Assembly: GCA_964466825.1 (NCBI GenBank)
Contig: CAYXQN010000001.1
Location: 112 to 64,111 of the forward strand
From: an uncultured Faecalibacterium sp.
GTDB taxonomy: Bacteria; Bacillota; Clostridia; Oscillospirales; Ruminococcaceae
Direction of reading: 5' to 3'
DNA: 64,000 bases
Position 1 is the stretch's first letter, and every line of letters starts with the position of its first letter. Made by a program: the position numbers and the translations under genes. A model generated the notes under the pieces. It did not search any database and was not told where the DNA came from. It saw only the letters and a program-made list of their open reading frames with translations. Shown one piece after another: positions 47,915 through 57,539 of this stretch.

Positions 47915-49333
47915 ATGGTCCATTTGACGACTGCCCTGGACCCATGTTCCGGGATACCCCTGTATGAACAGCTCTACCGCAGCCTCGCCGGAGAAGTCCG
48001 CAGCGGCACTCTGGCCGCAGGCACCCGAATGCCCGGCAAGCGGCGGCTGGCTGCAGAGCTTTCGGTCTCGGTCAACACCGTGGATACCGCCTATCAGCTC
48101 CTGACCGCAGAGGGGTACCTTGTCCCACGGGAACGCAGTGGGTTTTATGTTCAGGAATACCCTGCCCTTCCTCCTCACAGTGCTCCCCTGCCCGCACAAG
48201 CCTCCGCTGCTGCTCCGGACGCTCCGCCCCCGCAGTTCGACCTGTCCACCCGCGGTGTGGACCCTTCGCTGTTTCCGTTCCGCACCTGGGCGCGGCTGCA
48301 AAAGGAGCTGCTCTACTCCTGCCCGGAACTGCTGACGCCCGGCGATGCTCAGGGAGACCTGTCCCTTCGGCAGGCGCTGGCAGACTACCTGGCCGAGTAC
48401 CGCGGCGTCCAGTGCAGTCCGGAGCAGATCGTCGTCGGGGCCGGCATGGAATATCTGCTGGGGCTTCTGGCCCCCCTTTTGCCCGGCACCGCCGCTGTGG
48501 AGACCCCCGGATATCCCCGTGCCAAACAAGTGCTGGAAAACAACGGCGTGCTCTGCCGGTGTCTCCCGGTGGATGAGGACGGCCTGTCCATCCAGGCGCT
48601 GTATGCCTCTGACGCTGCCGTATGCTATGTCACGCCCAGTCATCAGTTCCCCACCGGCGTGACCATGCCCGCCGGCCGTCGTGCCGAGCTTTTGCACTGG
48701 GCAGCCCGCCGCCCCGGCACACGTTACATCATCGAGGACGATTACGACTCCGAATTCCGCTTTGACACCCGTCCTCTGCCCAGCCTGCAGGGGATGGCCG
48801 GAGCCAACGGTCCTGTGGTCTATCTGTCCACCTGTTCCCGCAGTCTGGCACCCGGCATCCGCATTGCGTATATGGTACTGCCCCGGCAGCTTCTGGCTCC
48901 CTGGCAGGCAAAGTATCGGTTCTATTCCGGCACGGTCAGCCGCTTTGAGCAGCAGACTCTTGCCCGTTTTATCACGGAGGGCTATTTCACCCGGCATCTG
49001 GCACGGGAGCGTGTGGCCTACAAAGCCCGGCGGGATGCCCTGACCACCGCCCTGACCGCCGCTTTTTCGCCCGGCGACATCACTCTGAGCGGCCTGCACA
49101 CCGGCCTGCATCTGCTGCTCCGGCTGAAGGACGCCCCGCCGGACGATGCTCTGCGCCGTGCTGCTGCCGAGCATCAGGTGCGTCTGAGCCTGCTGAGTGA
49201 CTACGACCTGACCGGCTGCCGCCCGGACGAGATCTCCGGCACGCTGGTGCTGGGTTACGGCTCTCTGCCGGATTCCGACTGCCCCGCCGCCGGCCAGGCG
49301 CTGTACCAGCTTTGCTGCAGCGCTGCCCGATAA
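47915..49333 (+). CDS. MocR/GabR-family PLP-dependent regulator (PdxR-like)
   Basis: PLYEQLY GntR HTH; YVTPSHQFPTG and IIEDDYDSEFR motifs. Confidence 0.92.
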   Translation: MVHLTTALDPCSGIPLYEQLYRSLAGEVRSGTLAAGTRMPGKRRLAAELSVSVNTVDTAYQLLTAEGYLVPRERSGFYVQEYPALPPHSAPLPAQASAAAPDAPPPQFDLSTRGVDPSLFPFRTWARLQKELLYSCPELLTPGDAQGDLSLRQALADYLAEYRGVQCSPEQIVVGAGMEYLLGLLAPLLPGTAAVETPGYPRAKQVLENNGVLCRCLPVDEDGLSIQALYASDAAVCYVTPSHQFPTGVTMPAGRRAELLHWAARRPGTRYIIEDDYDSEFRFDTRPLPSLQGMAGANGPVVYLSTCSRSLAPGIRIAYMVLPRQLLAPWQAKYRFYSGTVSRFEQQTLARFITEGYFTRHLARERVAYKARRDALTTALTAAFSPGDITLSGLHTGLHLLLRLKDAPPDDALRRAAAEHQVRLSLLSDYDLTGCRPDEISGTLVLGYGSLPDSDCPAAGQALYQLCCSAAR

Positions 49334-49406
49334 AAAAGCCGCAAAGCACAACACCCGCAGTATGGCAGGATATGCCGTACTGCGGGTGTTGTTTATCCAA
49401 AGGTCT

Positions 49407-49724
49407 TTAATCCAGCCGGAACACCTGTTCCAGCTTTGGATGTGCGCCGGTCTCGGGGTCCATCTCCAGCTCAAGGATGTCCTTCATGTACTCGTTCCAG
49501 CGGTCCACGACCGGGCTTTCTGCCTGTACTTTTTCCGCATAGGCAACGCCCTTTTCACATTCGTAGTAGCCAAACAGCTCATCGTTGCAATAGAAAATAC
49601 TGTAATTGCAGATACCCGCCGCCTTCAGCACCTCGACCATCTCGGGCCAGATCTCGTTATGGCGTTTCTGGTACTCTGCCTTGCAGCCGGGCTTGATGCG
49701 CCCCTTCCATGCCATGTGCTCCAT
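49407..49724 (-). CDS. rhaM: L-rhamnose mutarotase
   Basis: EYQKRHNEIWPEM, GI.NYSIF and W..YM motifs. Confidence 0.92.
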   Translation of the reverse strand: MEHMAWKGRIKPGCKAEYQKRHNEIWPEMVEVLKAAGICNYSIFYCNDELFGYYECEKGVAYAEKVQAESPVVDRWNEYMKDILELEMDPETGAHPKLEQVFRLD

Positions 49725-49734
49725 TGCGTTCTCC

Positions 49735-50562
49735 TTAGTCGAGGAAGGCCTCGTTCAGCTGCACGCCAAAGTCACGGGCGATGGCACGCAGATTGTCATC
49801 GGTGATGGTCTGGCGGATCTTGCCCTGACCAGCGGACAGCACCTTGACGTAGATCTCGGCACTCTTTTCAATGGTGTGTGCCAGACCAAAGGTGATGTCG
49901 AAGTCCGGGCCGGATGCAAACAGACCATGCTGTGCCCAGACCGCCGCCTGATAGTGCTTCATCAACTCGCTGGTCGCCATGGCGATGTCTGCACCGCCCG
50001 GCACCATCCAGGGGCAGACGCCCACGCCCTCAGGGAACACCACCGGGCACTCGGTGGCACTCTGCCACAGCGCACGGGAGAAGTCACGGTCGGTCAGGGG
50101 CAGGATGTAGGTCAGGGCGATGATATTGGTGGCATGGCAGTGGTAGATGACACGGTTTGCACCGTTGGTCGCTGCCTTGCGCACACTGTGGTTCATAAAG
50201 TGGCTGGGGAACTCAGATGTGGGCTTTGCGCCGCCCTCCAGACCCCAGACGATGCGCCAGCTGTCGCCCTTATCGTTGATCTCTACAATGCCGATGCTGT
50301 GGATGGGGTCCAGCTCCACATTGCGGAAGAACTTGCCGGAACCGGTGGTGATAAAGTATTCGCCTGCCAGGTTGTCTGCCTGCACGCCCATGTTGACCCA
50401 TGCACCCGGCTCCGCATTGAAGAAGGGACGGCACTGTGCCACTTCCTCCTCCTTCATGCGATAGGTCAGGTTGCCGCCGTTGCGCTCATGCCAGCCCTGC
50501 AGCCAGCCGTCGTTGCACATCCGGATGTAGCCCTGCATGATCTCGATATCAAAAATGCTCAT
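49735..50562 (-). CDS. rhaD: Rhamnulose-1-phosphate aldolase
   Basis: GWHERNGGN, TGSGKFF, PTSEFPSH, HCH, TECPVVFPEG and HG motifs. Confidence 0.94.
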   Translation of the reverse strand: MSIFDIEIMQGYIRMCNDGWLQGWHERNGGNLTYRMKEEEVAQCRPFFNAEPGAWVNMGVQADNLAGEYFITTGSGKFFRNVELDPIHSIGIVEINDKGDSWRIVWGLEGGAKPTSEFPSHFMNHSVRKAATNGANRVIYHCHATNIIALTYILPLTDRDFSRALWQSATECPVVFPEGVGVCPWMVPGGADIAMATSELMKHYQAAVWAQHGLFASGPDFDITFGLAHTIEKSAEIYVKVLSAGQGKIRQTITDDNLRAIARDFGVQLNEAFLD

Positions 50563-50605
50563 TGTGTTATTCCTCTCTTTTCTTGTATCGTTCCCGGAAC
50601 GGTTC

Positions 50606-52024
50606 TCAGCGGGTGATAATGTCCACCGACACATTGAAGATCTTTGCCACCTTCAGAATGGTGTCGATGTGGCGGCCGGTTGCTGCCGCCATGTGGTGGG
50701 TAGGGCCTGCCTCGCTCCAGCGGTTGCAGAACTCCCGTGCGCCGCAGGTAAAGCGGGTGCGCATATTGGTGTCGCCAAAGGTGAAGATGGGACCCGGCTC
50801 GTTGACGCCCTCTGCCACCACAAACTTGAAGCGGCCGTCCTTATCCTGCGTGATTCCCAGATAGGTCACAGGGCCAAGGTGGGGATAGAACTGGGTCAGG
50901 TAACCGCCGCCGGTCTTGCCATGGAACACCGGGACGATCTTCATGGTAGGCTTTTTCTCCGAGATATCTGCATCGCCGGAGCCGGAATGGCCAATGATAC
51001 AGATATCCTCGTTAAAGTCGATGGAATACATCTCGGAGAGCTGGCCGCAGCCGGCAATGGTCTTGAGGATGCTCATTGCCATGGACACCTTGATATCACC
51101 CTCCACTGCACAGGCCACGCCCTGTTTGATCAGCATGGAGAACGCCGGGATCAGCATGCTGTCCAGCACGCCCGCCTTGCCCTGTGCAAAGCCATCGTAA
51201 TGGGAAGCGATAAAGGCAATCTTCTCGTCCTTGACCCACTGCTCAAAGGCAACGACATACTTTGCCATCTCCCAGACCTTTTCAATGGTGCCGCCGCCCT
51301 CGATGTCAAAGGTATCCAGGATATCCTGTGCCTTGGCACGGATGGCCTCCTCGTCGGTGATATTATCCGCAATGGCCCACATCTTTTCCCAGTCGAACTG
51401 CTTGGTGTACAGCCACATACGGTTATAGAGGTTGGTCTCGTCAATGTAAAGATCCATCATGCCGGGGTACGGACGGCCGATCTGGGCAAGGTTCGTATCC
51501 CGGAAGCGACGGCGCACCTGCGCAGCACGGCACCAGTCCTCGATCTCTGCCTGCACATAGGGGTCGCCGCCTTCCACCACACCGGTGATCACTGCGTGGC
51601 GCTTGCCGGCACGCTCCAGGTCCGCCACCATCTCGCCCACGGCACCGCAGGCGTACAGCTCGCCCAGCCAGGTGGGGGTGTCGGTGTTGGCGTAATCCGG
51701 GGCCTTCTTTTTCTGAACATTGACCAGCACCACCGGCACATCCAGATCCCGCACGGCGGGCAGCATATTGTAGCTGGTAGCGTAGGTCAGCAGCTGCAGG
51801 ATGACAAGATCCACATCTGCGGCGCGGAACTTATCTCCTGCCGCCATGGACAGCTCCTTGGTGGTGACGATGCCGCCGTCCACCAGCTCCACCGTATCCG
51901 GCAAAGTCTTTTTGAAGTCTGCATACTGCTGCTCAAACTCCGGCACCAGTGTGGGGAACTGGGGCAGATAGGCCCCCAGTGCAATGGCGAACACGCCAAC
52001 TCTTGCTTTGGTCTCTACTAACAT
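50606..52024 (-). CDS. L-fucose/L-arabinose isomerase family protein (putative L-rhamnose isomerase)
   Basis: YPGMMDLY, AVEGD, SEMY..DF, GHSG and GPTHH motifs of the FucI/AraA-like fold; lies between rhaB and rhaD. Confidence 0.82.
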   Translation of the reverse strand: MLVETKARVGVFAIALGAYLPQFPTLVPEFEQQYADFKKTLPDTVELVDGGIVTTKELSMAAGDKFRAADVDLVILQLLTYATSYNMLPAVRDLDVPVVLVNVQKKKAPDYANTDTPTWLGELYACGAVGEMVADLERAGKRHAVITGVVEGGDPYVQAEIEDWCRAAQVRRRFRDTNLAQIGRPYPGMMDLYIDETNLYNRMWLYTKQFDWEKMWAIADNITDEEAIRAKAQDILDTFDIEGGGTIEKVWEMAKYVVAFEQWVKDEKIAFIASHYDGFAQGKAGVLDSMLIPAFSMLIKQGVACAVEGDIKVSMAMSILKTIAGCGQLSEMYSIDFNEDICIIGHSGSGDADISEKKPTMKIVPVFHGKTGGGYLTQFYPHLGPVTYLGITQDKDGRFKFVVAEGVNEPGPIFTFGDTNMRTRFTCGAREFCNRWSEAGPTHHMAAATGRHIDTILKVAKIFNVSVDIITR

Positions 52025-52072
52025 CCGAGGTTCCTCCTTTGTATCATCTGTGTTCTGCTCACTGATTTGTAA

Positions 52073-53386
52073 TCAGTGGGTCCCGATCGCCATCTGGATC
52101 TTCAGGTTTCCAATGGCGGTAGCTTCAATGGGCAGGGCGATCACCTGCTTGCCGGTGTACCGAGCCGTCAGCTCGTTGAGGGTGGCGTTCTTTGCACCGC
52201 CGCCTGCAATGTACAGCTTGTCCCAGCTTTGCCCGGTAATAGCCTCCATCTCACGGTACGCCTTGCCGTAGCAGTACGCCAGCGAGTGGTACACGCTGTT
52301 GATCAGGTCTGCATCGGTCGCAGGGGCTGCACCGGTCTCTCCCAGTGCAGTGCGGATCTCGGCACTCATGTCTGCCGGGGCCGAAAAACGGGCATCGTTC
52401 ACGTCAAAAATGCGCTCGTACTGGCTGGTTTTCGCCAGTTCGACCATTTCCGCAAAGGAAATGCCCAGCTGCTTTTGCACACACTGGATGATCCAAAGCC
52501 CCATGATATTTTTCAGATAGCGGATATAGCCCACGCCGCCCTCATTTGTAAAATTCGCCTTGCAGCTTTCCTTGCTGGCAACAGGCTGCGGCAGCTTGAC
52601 TCCCAGCAGGCTCCATGTACCGGACGAAAGGAACGGTGCATCCCCCTGTTCCATAGGGATGCCCTCCACCGCACTGGCCGTGTCGTGGGTTGCACAAAGC
52701 ACCACCTTCATCTGTCCGCCTACCTCGGCGGCAACTTCATCGGTCAGGCTGCCCAATACAGTGCCCGGGGCGGTCAGCCTGGGGAACAACTGCTCCGGCA
52801 GCTCCAGCGCCCGCAGGATCTCCGGGTCATACTCCCGGCTCCCGGCATTGACAAGCCCGGTGGAAGTGGCGTTCGTATACTCTCTTGCCTTCACGCCGCA
52901 CAGCTTCCACAGCAGATATTCCGGCACCATCAAAAAATCTTCCGCCTGTGCCAGCCGTCCGGACTTTTTGTCCTCATAAAGCTGATAAATGCTGTTGAAC
53001 GGCTGGAACTGGATGCCGGTGCGCTCATACAGTGCCTCAAACGGGAGGATACTGTGCACCTCATCCAGCACCGCCTGTGTACGGCTGTCCCGGTAGGCGT
53101 AGCAGGGATAGATCGGCTGATCGTTTTTCAGCAGCACATAGTCCACCGCCCATGTATCAATGGACACGCTCTCGATGACCGGGTGCTTTGCCAGCGCCGC
53201 CTTGATGCCCGCTTTAACGTGCGCAGTGATGCTGTCGATGTCCCAGATCAGATGGCCGTCCACCCGTTGGACCCCATTGGGGAAACGGTAGACTTCCTCG
53301 GTCTGCAAAACGCCGCCGTCCATCCAGCCAACGATATGTCGGCCGGACGAGGCCCCAATGTCCACCGCAAGAAATTTTTTCTGCAT
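52073..53386 (-). CDS. rhaB: Rhamnulokinase
   Basis: AVDIGASSGR, IDTWAVDY, HDTASAV, SSGTWSL, NIMGLW and EATAIGN motifs. Confidence 0.92.
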   Translation of the reverse strand: MQKKFLAVDIGASSGRHIVGWMDGGVLQTEEVYRFPNGVQRVDGHLIWDIDSITAHVKAGIKAALAKHPVIESVSIDTWAVDYVLLKNDQPIYPCYAYRDSRTQAVLDEVHSILPFEALYERTGIQFQPFNSIYQLYEDKKSGRLAQAEDFLMVPEYLLWKLCGVKAREYTNATSTGLVNAGSREYDPEILRALELPEQLFPRLTAPGTVLGSLTDEVAAEVGGQMKVVLCATHDTASAVEGIPMEQGDAPFLSSGTWSLLGVKLPQPVASKESCKANFTNEGGVGYIRYLKNIMGLWIIQCVQKQLGISFAEMVELAKTSQYERIFDVNDARFSAPADMSAEIRTALGETGAAPATDADLINSVYHSLAYCYGKAYREMEAITGQSWDKLYIAGGGAKNATLNELTARYTGKQVIALPIEATAIGNLKIQMAIGTH

Positions 53387-53540
53387 AGTATTCCTCCCTT
53401 TGCGGAACTTCTTGTTTTCAGTATAGCCGGAAATCACTGCGGATTCCATCCGCAAAGGTGACTTGTTTTTTGTGAAAAGTCCACTCTTGCCCCCACAGCA
53501 TTGCTGCGCTATACTGAAAGCAGAAAGGCAGGCGACGGAT

Positions 53541-54410
53541 ATGCTCACTTACAATATGGATGTTACGCCGGAAAGCATCTGGAAGCGCACCACCCCCGGT
53601 GCTGCCGAGCTGGCACAGCCCTACTACTGCACCGAGGCAGGGCTGTTCTATGCCCAGCAGCATTTTTCCACTGCACGCACCGACAAGGAAAGCTACCTGC
53701 TGTTTTTCACCCTGCGGGGCGCCGGGCTCATCGAGCAGAACGGCAGCCGGGTAGTCCTGCGCACCGGACAGGCGCTTCTGCTCAATTGCCGCACTGCCCA
53801 AAGCTACTGTACCGCTCCCGGACAGAGCTGCTGGCATCACTATTGGGTGCATCTGGACGGTGCCGGAGTCGCTGCACTGGAACCGCTTCTGATCCCGGAC
53901 AAAAAACTGACCCCGGTCCAACTGACCGGGGCCAAAATGCAGGACCGTTTTGAGGCAGTCCTGCAATCGATGGAGCAGGGCACGGTGGACTGCATGGTAC
54001 AGACGGGCCTTGCCCTGCACCAGCTGCTGGCCCTGTGTGCGCAAAGTCTGTTCGCCCAGGCAGAGACCACCAGTGCACGACAGGTGATCCTGCAGGCTGC
54101 CGAGACCCTGCGCCAGAACTACCGGCAGGAACTGTGCCTGGCCGATTTGCTGGAACAGGCGCACATGAGCAAAAGCTATTTTCTGCGGCTGTTCCGCCGG
54201 TATATGGGCACCACGCCCTACAATTATCTGGTCAATTACCGGATCACACAGGCCAAGGAGCTGCTGGTCCTCACGGACCACAGCATCAGCGATATTGCAC
54301 ATGAGGTGGGTTTTGGCGATGCCAGCAATTTCTCCACCCGATTCTCTGCCGCCACCGGGCAAAGCCCGCTGCAATACCGCAAAAGTGCTCTGAAAAGCGC
54401 CGAGGGCTGA
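53541..54410 (+). CDS. AraC-family regulator (likely activator of the rha operon)
   Basis: Cupin domain plus double HTH (MSKSYFLRLF, IAHEVGF.DASNFS..F...TG.SP.QYR); divergent from rhaB. Confidence 0.9.
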   Translation: MLTYNMDVTPESIWKRTTPGAAELAQPYYCTEAGLFYAQQHFSTARTDKESYLLFFTLRGAGLIEQNGSRVVLRTGQALLLNCRTAQSYCTAPGQSCWHHYWVHLDGAGVAALEPLLIPDKKLTPVQLTGAKMQDRFEAVLQSMEQGTVDCMVQTGLALHQLLALCAQSLFAQAETTSARQVILQAAETLRQNYRQELCLADLLEQAHMSKSYFLRLFRRYMGTTPYNYLVNYRITQAKELLVLTDHSISDIAHEVGFGDASNFSTRFSAATGQSPLQYRKSALKSAEG

Positions 54411-54415
54411 ATTAT

Positions 54416-55822
54416 TCAGTCCTCCTGCTCCCGCCGCATAAGATACTCCTGTGTTTCCGTCTCCACTCTGCGGTGCAGTGCCAGCACTCCGGCCAGATTG
54501 GGAAGCATCATAAGCCCGTTGAAGGCATCCGACAGTTCCCACGCAAGGTCCAGCCGGATCAGCGCCCCCACAGCAGTTGCCCCTACAAAAAACAGCAGGT
54601 AGACGGCTGCCCCTACCGGTCCAAAAAGATATTCGGCAGCGGTGCAGCCGTAATGGCTCCAGCCCAGCACGGTGGAATAAGCAAACAGCAGCACTGATAC
54701 CGCTATGAATTTTGGCCCAAAACTGCCAAAGGCCGTCCCAAACGCCTGCCCTACCAGTGCACTGGCTGGCACTCCATCCCGGGCAGCACCGGTCAGCGGG
54801 TCTACCACGCCTGTGGTCAGCAGCACCAGTGCGGTCAGGGTGCAGACCACCAGCGTATCCGCAAAGACCTCAAAAATACCCCACATCCCCTGCTGAGCCG
54901 GTTCCTGCAGGTTTGAGGACGCATTGACCATCACGGTGGAGCCAAGCCCCGCCTCGTTGGAAAAGGCTCCGCGTTTTGCGCCCCACACAATGGCCTGTCC
55001 CATTGCACCGCCTCCTACCGCCCGCAGCGAAAAAGCCCCCTGCAGGATCGCTCCCATTGCAGCAGGCAGCTGCCGCCAATGCACCGCCAGCACAACGACT
55101 GCACCGCCCAGATAGAACAGTGCCATCAACGGTACCAGTCGTTCTGTGACCGCCGCCACCCGCTGCACCCCGCCCAACAGGATTCCGCCCGTTACCACTG
55201 CCAACACCGGAGCCGTCAGCGCAGGCGGCACCCCAAAGGCCGTGTCCAGATTGCCTGCAATGGCATTGGTCTGGCTCATATTCCCCATTCCAAAGCTGGC
55301 CAGCATACAAAACACCGCAAACAGCACCGCCAGCACCCGGCCAAGGGTGCGGCAGCCCGGCTTTGCACCCAAACCATCGGACAGATAATACATTGCGCCG
55401 CCCAGCCAGCGTCCGTCTGATCCCCGGCGGCGGTAACAGGCGCCCAGCAGATTTTCAGCATAGCTGGTCATCATGCCCAGCACCGCCATGACCCACATCC
55501 AGAACACCGCTCCCGGCCCGCCGCCCACAATGGCGGCCGCCACCCCCACCAGGTTCCCGATCCCCAGTGTGCCCGCCAGCGCCGTGCATAAGCTCTGAAA
55601 CGGTGTGATCGCCCCGTCCTGCCGGGCAGAATGGTCCATTACGCTGCGGTCTGTCAACAGGGCACCCAGCGTCTTTTGCATCCAGAGGGCAAGGTGCCGG
55701 AACTGAAAAAAACCGGTGCGCACACTCATCCACATCCCTGTTCCCAACAGCATCGCCAGCCCCACCGGCCCCCACACCACACTGCTGACCCACACACAGC
55801 CCTGCCGGATCCCTTCTGCCAT
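54416..55822 (-). CDS. Alanine/glycine:cation symporter (AGCS/AlsT family)
   Basis: TALAGTLGIGN, GGPGAVFWMW, RGAFSNEAGLGS and EVFADTLVVCT motifs. Confidence 0.93.
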   Translation of the reverse strand: MAEGIRQGCVWVSSVVWGPVGLAMLLGTGMWMSVRTGFFQFRHLALWMQKTLGALLTDRSVMDHSARQDGAITPFQSLCTALAGTLGIGNLVGVAAAIVGGGPGAVFWMWVMAVLGMMTSYAENLLGACYRRRGSDGRWLGGAMYYLSDGLGAKPGCRTLGRVLAVLFAVFCMLASFGMGNMSQTNAIAGNLDTAFGVPPALTAPVLAVVTGGILLGGVQRVAAVTERLVPLMALFYLGGAVVVLAVHWRQLPAAMGAILQGAFSLRAVGGGAMGQAIVWGAKRGAFSNEAGLGSTVMVNASSNLQEPAQQGMWGIFEVFADTLVVCTLTALVLLTTGVVDPLTGAARDGVPASALVGQAFGTAFGSFGPKFIAVSVLLFAYSTVLGWSHYGCTAAEYLFGPVGAAVYLLFFVGATAVGALIRLDLAWELSDAFNGLMMLPNLAGVLALHRRVETETQEYLMRREQED

Positions 55823-55996
55823 GCACACCACCTCTTTCCATCTTCAGTCTATGCCTCTCCCCCTGCAAAAAGAAGCTCCGGGCATCCCCGCATAAAACAT
55901 CGCACAAACAAAAAGCGCCTGCACGCCAAATCAGAACGTGCAAGCGCCTTTTTTATATTTGCATCAATGAGAAACTACTTTTGCTTTTCGGACCGC

Positions 55997-57187
55997 TCAC
56001 CATGCAAAGGAAACGCCATTCTTTTCGTAGCTCTTTTCCTGCAGACCCAGACGGCTCTCGATAAAGTTGACGGACATCTCAGGCCACTGCGCGATCTGCG
56101 TATAGCCATCGACATAATTCTTGATTCCGGTGCCCAGGCCAATGCCATGGGGTGCATCCGGTGCCAGATAGAAGCTGAAATCACTAAAGGTCTTGTAGTG
56201 AGAATTCAGTGCGTTCATCGTGAAGGCGGTCAGTGCGTCCTTGCCGCCTGCCACTGCAAACAGTGCGGGCAGATTCTTGTTCTTGCTGTAGTCCATCTCG
56301 TAGAACAGGCCGTAGACCGGGATAGCCACCTGGATATCTGCGCTCTCGTGGTCCACTGCATCGCAGACATAATCGGGGTAGACCAGGTCCGGGGTCTGGC
56401 CGCCAAAGTGGTTTGCAATGACCTGCATGATGTTGTTGCCGCCTGCAGAGAAGCCCACTGCAATAACCACATCTGTCTTGGCAATGTTCTTTTCTTCTGC
56501 GTAGTAGCGGATATAGCGGATGGCGCGTGCCAGATCCAGTGCCTGGTCTGCTGCTGCATAGGGGTTGACACGGCGCTGCAGAACAAAAGCGTTGTAGCCG
56601 TTCTTGTTGTAGAACTCTGCAACCGGATAGCCTTCAACCACGTTGTTGCGGTGGCTGCTGCCGCCGCCTGCAATAATGATGACATTGCCCTTGACCTTCT
56701 TCTGGTTCTTGAGCAGATACGGGTTCAGGAAGGGACGGAAGCCCTCGTTATCGTAGCTGATCTCCCAACCAGTGGTGGGCAGGGGGCTTTCCACTGCCAT
56801 CTTCTCGCCCCAGATCTCCCAGACGGTGCTCTTGGGGTCCTTTACCACCTGACGCAGAGACTCGCGTGCCTCGGTCAGCGCAACGCACATATCGTAGTCG
56901 TCAGCGGTGATGCCGGCCGGCTTGCCGTCCACCGTCTCGTACTGATGACGGCTCAGCTTGTGGAACAGCACATAGAACTGGTCAAAATCGCCCTTGAATG
57001 CCTTGGGGTAAAAAGCAACTTCACGAGCCTTTTTCAGCTCAACAGCCACCATAGCCTGCACTTCCGCATCGGTGTGGATAGCGTTGACTTCTTCCACCTC
57101 AGCTGCCGATGCAGCGGGTGCAATGACAGTTGCTGCCGTCACCGCAGCGGTTGCAGCAGATGCCTTCAAAAATTCACGACGGTCCAT
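55997..57187 (-). CDS. Secreted alpha/beta hydrolase (carbohydrate esterase-like) with a twin-arginine-type signal
   Basis: MDRREFLK signal and AxA site; AGGG, EG.PVA, GFSAGG nucleophile, G.KD and APHG motifs. Confidence 0.82.
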   Translation of the reverse strand: MDRREFLKASAATAAVTAATVIAPAASAAEVEEVNAIHTDAEVQAMVAVELKKAREVAFYPKAFKGDFDQFYVLFHKLSRHQYETVDGKPAGITADDYDMCVALTEARESLRQVVKDPKSTVWEIWGEKMAVESPLPTTGWEISYDNEGFRPFLNPYLLKNQKKVKGNVIIIAGGGSSHRNNVVEGYPVAEFYNKNGYNAFVLQRRVNPYAAADQALDLARAIRYIRYYAEEKNIAKTDVVIAVGFSAGGNNIMQVIANHFGGQTPDLVYPDYVCDAVDHESADIQVAIPVYGLFYEMDYSKNKNLPALFAVAGGKDALTAFTMNALNSHYKTFSDFSFYLAPDAPHGIGLGTGIKNYVDGYTQIAQWPEMSVNFIESRLGLQEKSYEKNGVSFAW

Positions 57188-57539
57188 AACGATTCTCCTT
57201 TATTGATCCATTGCAGCCGATCCTTTTCCCTGCTGCAAAAGGGCCCTGTCTTTTCCCAAAGCAACGGTGCTTCGGTTTTTCTGCACAGGGATTTTCTAAT
57301 AAGAGAGTAGCAAATTTCCTCAACGGTGTAAATGGATGGCGGACATTTTCAGCAAAGCTGATATACTAGTATATTCTTCTTTGTGCATTGCTCCAAACAT
57401 TTTAACCATCTGTTGGAAGGGTTGTCAAAAGGCGTTGTTCTTTTCTTTCCGACACTCTTCACAATTTGTTCGAAAGCTCTATGCAGAGACCTTTCTTTAT
57501 GCTACAATGAAAATATCAACAAAAGAAGGAGAACCTCGT

